NCBI GenBank assembly: GCA_046542505.1
Contig: JBKHBH010000059.1
Location: forward strand, 1-12,495
Direction: 5' to 3'
Length of the DNA stretch: 12,495 bases
From: Thermovirgaceae bacterium
Lineage (GTDB): Bacteria > Synergistota > Synergistia > Synergistales > Thermovirgaceae
Part shown: positions 7,821 to 12,495 of the stretch, one piece after another
Layout: every line of letters begins with the position of its first letter
Position numbering within the stretch: position 1 is the first letter of the stretch
Made by a program: the position numbers and the translations under genes
Notes under the pieces: model-generated
What the model was told of the DNA's origin: nothing
Seen by the model: only the letters and a program-made list of their open reading frames with translations
The model's database searches: none

Positions 7821-8966
7821 TCAAGAAGCGTCTTGTCCCCCGACGGCGAGAAACCCCGCCAAGGCGTCGATGATTTCCACCGATGCCCGCCCTTTTCCAA
7901 AAGGGTCTTCATTTTGCTTCTTCCCTGTAATCTTCGAATCCATCTTTCCAGATAATACCATCTCAGCCGTCTCCTCTATGACCGAATCTTCGGTACCTAC
8001 GAGACGGGCCGTTCCGAATTCCACCGCTTCGGGTCGTTCTGTAACATCGCGCATGACCAGTGTCGGCACTCCCAGGCAGGTCGTTTCCTCCTGGATGCCC
8101 CCGCTGTCGGTCAGAATCAGTGTGCTTTTTTTCATGATCCAGACGAAGTCAGGATAGTCCAGGGGGTCGCACAGGAGAACCCTTTCCTGTTCACCAAGCT
8201 TTCGCCTGAAAACGTTCCGTACTTCAGGGTTTTTGTGCATCGGGATTACCGTCCACAGTTCAGGGTGTCTCGCGGTAATGCGGGCAACGGCATCAGTGAT
8301 CCGTTCAAGGGGTTTCCCGAAGGATTCCCTCCTGTGAGCGGTCACGAGCAGAACCTTCCCATCCTCGGGAATCTCCTTGAGACTCTTCTCTTCCGGCGAT
8401 GAGATATGTTCCAGTGTCCATTTCAAAGCATCGATAACCGTGTTTCCCGTCATGAAGACTGCTTCATTCGGCACACCTTCGGTGACGAGGTTCGCCCTCG
8501 CCCTTTCGGTCGGGGCGAAAAACAGCGACGCCGTCCTGTCAGTGATAATTCTGTTCAGCTCCTCCGGGAAGGGTAGCCTGATGTTGCCGCTCCGAAGGCC
8601 CGCTTCTACATGGCCCGTCGGCACACCTCTGTAAAAAGCCGCCAGAGAGGCGGCCATCGTTGTGGTCGTGTCTCCGTGAACGAGCACAAGTGAAGGGTTG
8701 ACCTCGTCGAGGACTTCTCCGACCTTCAGAAGGACTGCGGACGTCACATAATCGAGTGTCTGGTTTTCCTTCATGATGGAAAGATCACGGTCCACGGGTA
8801 TACCGAAATAGGACAATGCCTGGTGCAACATGTCGGTATGCTGGCCCGTCGCCAGGACAAAGGGATCTGCCCATCCTTTTTTGGAGAGGCCCCGTATGAC
8901 CGGCGCCATTTTTATTGCCTCGGGCCTTGTTCCGACAACACAGCAAATGCGATATTTCTGCTCCAT
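7821..8966 (-). CDS. wecB: UDP-N-acetylglucosamine 2-epimerase (non-hydrolysing; WecB/MnaA)
   Basis: GTRPEAIKMAPV, TGQH, VHGDTTT, HVEAGLRS, PFPEELNR, TAHRRES, TDSGGIQEE, TERPEA. Start moved to ATG 8966 (MEQKY) with GGAGTGG upstream. Confidence 0.96.
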   Translation of the reverse strand: MEQKYRICCVVGTRPEAIKMAPVIRGLSKKGWADPFVLATGQHTDMLHQALSYFGIPVDRDLSIMKENQTLDYVTSAVLLKVGEVLDEVNPSLVLVHGDTTTTMAASLAAFYRGVPTGHVEAGLRSGNIRLPFPEELNRIITDRTASLFFAPTERARANLVTEGVPNEAVFMTGNTVIDALKWTLEHISSPEEKSLKEIPEDGKVLLVTAHRRESFGKPLERITDAVARITARHPELWTVIPMHKNPEVRNVFRRKLGEQERVLLCDPLDYPDFVWIMKKSTLILTDSGGIQEETTCLGVPTLVMRDVTERPEAVEFGTARLVGTEDSVIEETAEMVLSGKMDSKITGKKQNEDPFGKGRASVEIIDALAGFLAVGGQDAS

Positions 8967-8995
8967 TCGTTTTAGCCACTCCGTTTCTTTCAAAA

Positions 8996-9892
8996 TCACA
9001 AACCACCGAGGATGAAAAACCCTCCCGCGATGCAAAGTCCGTGTGCAGCGGAAAGGACGAGAAGGACCACTTTCTGCGGCAAGCCATGATCCAGGAGAAG
9101 GTGATGTATGTGCCCCCTGTCGGGCGTGAATGGAGATTTCCCGGCGGAAACCCGACGTAGAATCGAAGAGGCTGTGTCAATAAAGGGAATCCCGCCGACA
9201 AGAAACAACCCCACGCACAAGACCGGAAGCGTTATTTCGGGAAAAATCCTTGCCCCGTCAATGCTCAATTGGGACATGCACAAAAACCCCAGCAGCGTGC
9301 TCCCACCATCTCCAAGAAAAGTCCTGGCCACAGGAAAGTTCCAGTAAAACATTCCCATCACCATCGCACCGACCGGTATCCACCAGGCGGGATCGCCGAT
9401 AAAAATTCCAAAGAGACTGGTTATGAAAAAAAGTGTGAGAGCCAGTCCGTTCATCCCGTCTATAAGATTGTAGGCACTTATACCTCCCGCTATCCAGAAA
9501 AGAAGAATCACTCCATAAGTCAGCGGGACTGGGACAACGGAGGCCACAAGAGCCGCCGCCACAAGATGTCCAAGAAATCTGAAACGTGCTGAAAGTCCTT
9601 TCATGTCATCGATGTATCCAAGGAGGAAAACCAGAGTAGCTCCTGTGGCGACGATATGGATCTGGTTGATTGATCCTGAAAGAAACAGGGCGAGCATGAG
9701 ATAACCGATCCAGAAGACGACTCCCGATCCCCTCGGTACCAGACCCTCGTGGCGCTTGCGTCCGCCCGGAGAATCAAGGATCCTGTAGCGTTCGGACAGC
9801 CTGATCGAAAAGGGGGTCACAAGAAGGGCCCACCCGAAAAAAATCACTCCCAGAAAAAACAGCTTCAAAGGGAAATCCGCTGTCTCGGCCAC
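8996..9892 (-). CDS. polyprenyl-phosphate N-acetylhexosamine-1-phosphate transferase (WecA/TagO-like, MraY family)
   Basis: Highly hydrophobic. DSPGGRKRH..VPRGSG, GYIDD, YNLIDGMNGL, FLGDGGS, DRGHIHH. GTG start with GGGAGGG upstream. Confidence 0.9.
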   Translation of the reverse strand: MAETADFPLKLFFLGVIFFGWALLVTPFSIRLSERYRILDSPGGRKRHEGLVPRGSGVVFWIGYLMLALFLSGSINQIHIVATGATLVFLLGYIDDMKGLSARFRFLGHLVAAALVASVVPVPLTYGVILLFWIAGGISAYNLIDGMNGLALTLFFITSLFGIFIGDPAWWIPVGAMVMGMFYWNFPVARTFLGDGGSTLLGFLCMSQLSIDGARIFPEITLPVLCVGLFLVGGIPFIDTASSILRRVSAGKSPFTPDRGHIHHLLLDHGLPQKVVLLVLSAAHGLCIAGGFFILGGL

Positions 9893-9916
9893 ACTGCCCC
9901 TCCCGCTTGCCTACCC

Positions 9917-11020
9917 TTATTTTGTGCCAAAAAGCCTGTCACCGGCATCCCCGAGGCCCGGGACAATGTAGCCGTGATCATTGAGATGACTGTCGAGAGC
10001 AGCAGTAAAAATATCCACTTCGGGATGCTGTGAATGTACTTTTTCCACTCCCTCAGGGGCCGCTATCAGCGAAACCAGGGCAATCCTGCACCCACCGTGC
10101 CGTTTGACAAGTTCGATCGCCGCAGCAGCTGACCCGCCTGTGGCCAGCATGGGATCAACGATATAAATGTCGCGTTCTTCTATGTCTCCCGGAAGCTTGC
10201 AGTAATACTCTACCGGCTCGAGAGTGTCCGGGTCCCTGTAAAGACCGATGTGCCCCACTTTCGCATTGGGGATCAGTTGCAGGATACCGTCAACCATCCC
10301 CAGGCCGGCACGTAATATCGGAATGACAGCCATCTTTTTTCCCGCCAAAGACCAGGCCTCCGTCTCTGTAATCGGCGTTTTGACCTGAACGGATTCCAGC
10401 GGAAGATCCCTCGTGATCTCGTAAACCATGAGTCCCGCGATTTCCTGAACGAGCTCCCTGAAAACTTTCACGGGCGTCGTCTCATCCCTGACCATACCGA
10501 TCTTGTGCTTTATGAGAGGGTGTTCAAAGGTTACAAGCCTGCCGCGCGCATCTTTCCTGGAAACCTGACGCCCTGTTTCTTCCTCGCAGCTCTGGATCTT
10601 CCGGAACCGCTTCAGATGTCGGCCGCCTTCAAAGGGAGTGCTGAGCCAGTTCCTAACAGCGTTGATGGCCTTTTCGTGATTCATGGTGCGTCCGCCGAGA
10701 GTGAGTACGTTCGCATTGTTGTGAGCCCTGCTAAGACGTGCAGTCTCTTCGCAACAGACATGGGCCGCGTAGACACCCGGAGTCTTGTTTGCTGCAATTG
10801 ACATGCCGATGCCGGTTCCGCAGAAAAGGACGCCGCGATCCACCTCCCCGACCGCGACGGCCATGGCGACTTTGCGGGCGATATCAGGATAATCCACAGA
10901 CGATTCAGCATTATCGGTTCCAAGGTCTTCGACGGTGACTCCTTTCATCGCTGCCAGAACTTCCTTGACCCTTTCCTTGAGTTCATACCCGGCGTGGTCA
11001 GATCCCAACACTACGTACAT
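9917..11020 (-). CDS. upp: fused ribose-5-phosphate isomerase B / uracil phosphoribosyltransferase (rpiB-upp)
   Basis: aa 1-~146 Rpi[37 protein letters not shown]. aa ~161-367 Upp: [42 protein letters not shown]. No stop between them. Confidence 0.96.
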   Translation of the reverse strand: MYVVLGSDHAGYELKERVKEVLAAMKGVTVEDLGTDNAESSVDYPDIARKVAMAVAVGEVDRGVLFCGTGIGMSIAANKTPGVYAAHVCCEETARLSRAHNNANVLTLGGRTMNHEKAINAVRNWLSTPFEGGRHLKRFRKIQSCEEETGRQVSRKDARGRLVTFEHPLIKHKIGMVRDETTPVKVFRELVQEIAGLMVYEITRDLPLESVQVKTPITETEAWSLAGKKMAVIPILRAGLGMVDGILQLIPNAKVGHIGLYRDPDTLEPVEYYCKLPGDIEERDIYIVDPMLATGGSAAAAIELVKRHGGCRIALVSLIAAPEGVEKVHSQHPEVDIFTAALDSHLNDHGYIVPGLGDAGDRLFGTK

Positions 11021-11028
11021 GCCTCTTT

Positions 11029-11033
11029 CCTCC
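11029..11033 (-). promoter_or_regulatory. Shine-Dalgarno site for rpiB-upp
   Basis: GGAGG 8 nt upstream of ATG at 11020. Confidence 0.8.
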
Positions 11034-11095
11034 CTCTTTTATTCCGGCAGTCGCTCTTTGCTCTTTCTCCAGGAACAACAGTCTTTGGCGCATTT

Positions 11096-12037
11096 TTAAT
11101 CACGTCCGAGAATCCTGTCTATGAGCGATCCCGCAACCGAATAGGGATCGGTTTTCCTGTCGGCCAAACTCTGCAGCAGCTCCGTTGTCCGCTCTTCCTC
11201 CCAGGCACGCTCGACAATGCGGGCGATTTCCCTGGAAAGGATCTCTTCCACTTCAATCTGCAGACGATAAAACTTTCTTCTTCGTCCTTCCTCTGTCTCT
11301 TCCAGATGTTTTTTGTGTTCTTCTATCCTGCCGCAGAGGCCGTCTATACCTTCTCCCCGTTCGGCAATGGTCTGCACCACAGAAGGTCGCCAGGAACGAT
11401 CCGTCATCAGATCGAGCATCATGTTAACCTCGGTAACGACACGTTCGGCTCCCTCACGGTCGGATTTGTTCACCACGAAAACATCGGCGATTTCCATGAT
11501 TCCCGCTTTCATTACCTGGATGTCGTCACCCATGCCCGGAACGAGGACAAGGCATACCGTATCAGCGATCTTCACGATATCTATTTCAGACTGCCCGACA
11601 CCTACCGTCTCTATCAGGACAACATCCTTGCCGCATGCGTCCATGATCAGGGCCGCTTCATAGGTAGCCCTGCTCAAACCTCCAAGGGAGCCCCTTGTTC
11701 CCATGCTGCGGATAAACACATCCCTGTCAAGGGAGTGACCCTGCATTCTTAGGCGGTCCCCCAGCACGGCGCCACCACTAAACGGGCTTGATGGATCCAC
11801 GGCTATGACGCCCACCGTTTTCCCCATCTTTTTCAGTTCACTGATAAGCTTGTCCAGCAGGGTGCTTTTTCCTGATCCCGGACTCCCCGTAATACCGATA
11901 ATGTGTGCCTTTCCCGAATAGGGGTAGACAGACTTCATGAGGTTTTCTGCGAATGGTGATTCGCTTTCGACCATGCTGATCAGCCTTGCCATCGCCCTCT
12001 GATCGCCCCGCAATGCCTTTTCGACAAGTTTTTCCAT
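11096..12037 (-). CDS. meaB: methylmalonyl-CoA mutase-associated GTPase MeaB (ArgK/MMAA family)
   Basis: GITGSPGSGKST, VDPSSPFSGGAVLGDRLRM, ETVGVGQSE, GDDIQVMKAGIMEIAD, NKSD. Start moved to ATG 12037 (MEKLVEK) to avoid overlap with the upstream gene. Confidence 0.95.
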   Translation of the reverse strand: MEKLVEKALRGDQRAMARLISMVESESPFAENLMKSVYPYSGKAHIIGITGSPGSGKSTLLDKLISELKKMGKTVGVIAVDPSSPFSGGAVLGDRLRMQGHSLDRDVFIRSMGTRGSLGGLSRATYEAALIMDACGKDVVLIETVGVGQSEIDIVKIADTVCLVLVPGMGDDIQVMKAGIMEIADVFVVNKSDREGAERVVTEVNMMLDLMTDRSWRPSVVQTIAERGEGIDGLCGRIEEHKKHLEETEEGRRRKFYRLQIEVEEILSREIARIVERAWEEERTTELLQSLADRKTDPYSVAGSLIDRILGRD

Positions 12038-12056
12038 CGTTTTTCTTCCGTTTCTC

Positions 12057-12479
12057 TCAGGCACGGTCCGTGGCGCTTTTTTTCGAGTCCACGGCCTCCT
12101 CGAGCCACTGGATGCACTCTTTCGTGGGCGTCCCCGGTCCAAAGATCGCGCCGGCTCCCATCTCCTTCAGCTTCGGAATATCCTCCTCCGGGATCACTCC
12201 GCCGCCGAACACGAGGATGTCCTCGGCCCCCTTGTCCTTCAAAAGCTCGATGATCGCCTTGAAATAGTGCTCATGGGCCCCGCTCAGTATGCTGATCCCG
12301 ATGGCGTCGGCATCCTCCTGGATCGCCGTCTCCACAATGCTCTCGGGACTCTGGCGCAAACCCGTGTAAATCACTTCCATGCCGGCATCCCGGAGCGCCC
12401 TGGCGACCACCTTCGCCCCCCGGTCATGTCCGTCAAGGCCCGGCTTCGCAACAACAACCCTCGTCTTTCGCTGCTTCAT
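12057..12479 (-). CDS. cobalamin-binding small subunit of a methylmalonyl-CoA-mutase-type acyl-CoA mutase
   Basis: [14 protein letters not shown] (DxHxxG), [28 protein letters not shown]. Adjacent to meaB. Substrate depends on the large subunit, which is not in the window. Confidence 0.94.
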   Translation of the reverse strand: MKQRKTRVVVAKPGLDGHDRGAKVVARALRDAGMEVIYTGLRQSPESIVETAIQEDADAIGISILSGAHEHYFKAIIELLKDKGAEDILVFGGGVIPEEDIPKLKEMGAGAIFGPGTPTKECIQWLEEAVDSKKSATDRA

Positions 12480-12489
12480 CGGTCTTCGT

Positions 12490-12495
12490 ACCTCC
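12490..12495 (-). promoter_or_regulatory. Shine-Dalgarno site for the B12-binding subunit gene
   Basis: GGAGGT 10 nt upstream of ATG at 12479. Confidence 0.75.

Noticed and set aside
7808..7835. Terminator-like element after wecB (weak stem then TTTTTT on the minus strand)
   Set aside because: Stem has two mismatches and only 3 contiguous pairs at the loop; too weak to call.
8126..9843. 7-nt A/T homopolymers in wecB and the wecA-like gene as phase-variation tracts
   Set aside because: Too short, explained by Lys/Phe codons, and the frames are intact.
10994..11752. 252-aa plus-strand ORF
   Set aside because: Antisense shadow of meaB; no recognisable domain.
12038..12142. Extended N-terminus of meaB in the ORF track (also rseP, cdsA, wecB)
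   Set aside because: Longest-ORF artefacts overlapping upstream genes; family similarity begins at downstream starts.
1..12495. CRISPR array, IS element, tRNA, riboswitch or defence system
   Set aside because: No spaced repeats, transposase, integrase or nuclease genes seen; the largest intergenic gap is 75 nt, too short for a cobalamin riboswitch.

Overview
A gene-dense, entirely minus-strand housekeeping region with 14 co-directional CDSs and no RNA gene, mobile element, CRISPR array or long repeat that I can see. In transcription order: B12-binding subunit of a methylmalonyl-CoA-mutase-type enzyme, meaB, a single-ORF RpiB-Upp fusion, a WecA/TagO-like transferase, wecB, murA, a HisC-like aminotransferase, an uncharacterised P-loop NTPase with a probable C-terminal Asp23/Gls24-like domain, family-4 uracil-DNA glycosylase, uppS, cdsA, dxr, rseP, and the 5' end of ispG (absent from the ORF track). 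Gene content suggests an anaerobic fermenter, possibly Synergistota; that is an impression, not a search result. The most notable items are the RpiB-Upp fusion, the P-loop/Asp23-like protein, and the joining of two normally separate conserved gene clusters without their usual atp and pyrH-frr members. I found no clear evidence of a new multi-gene system.
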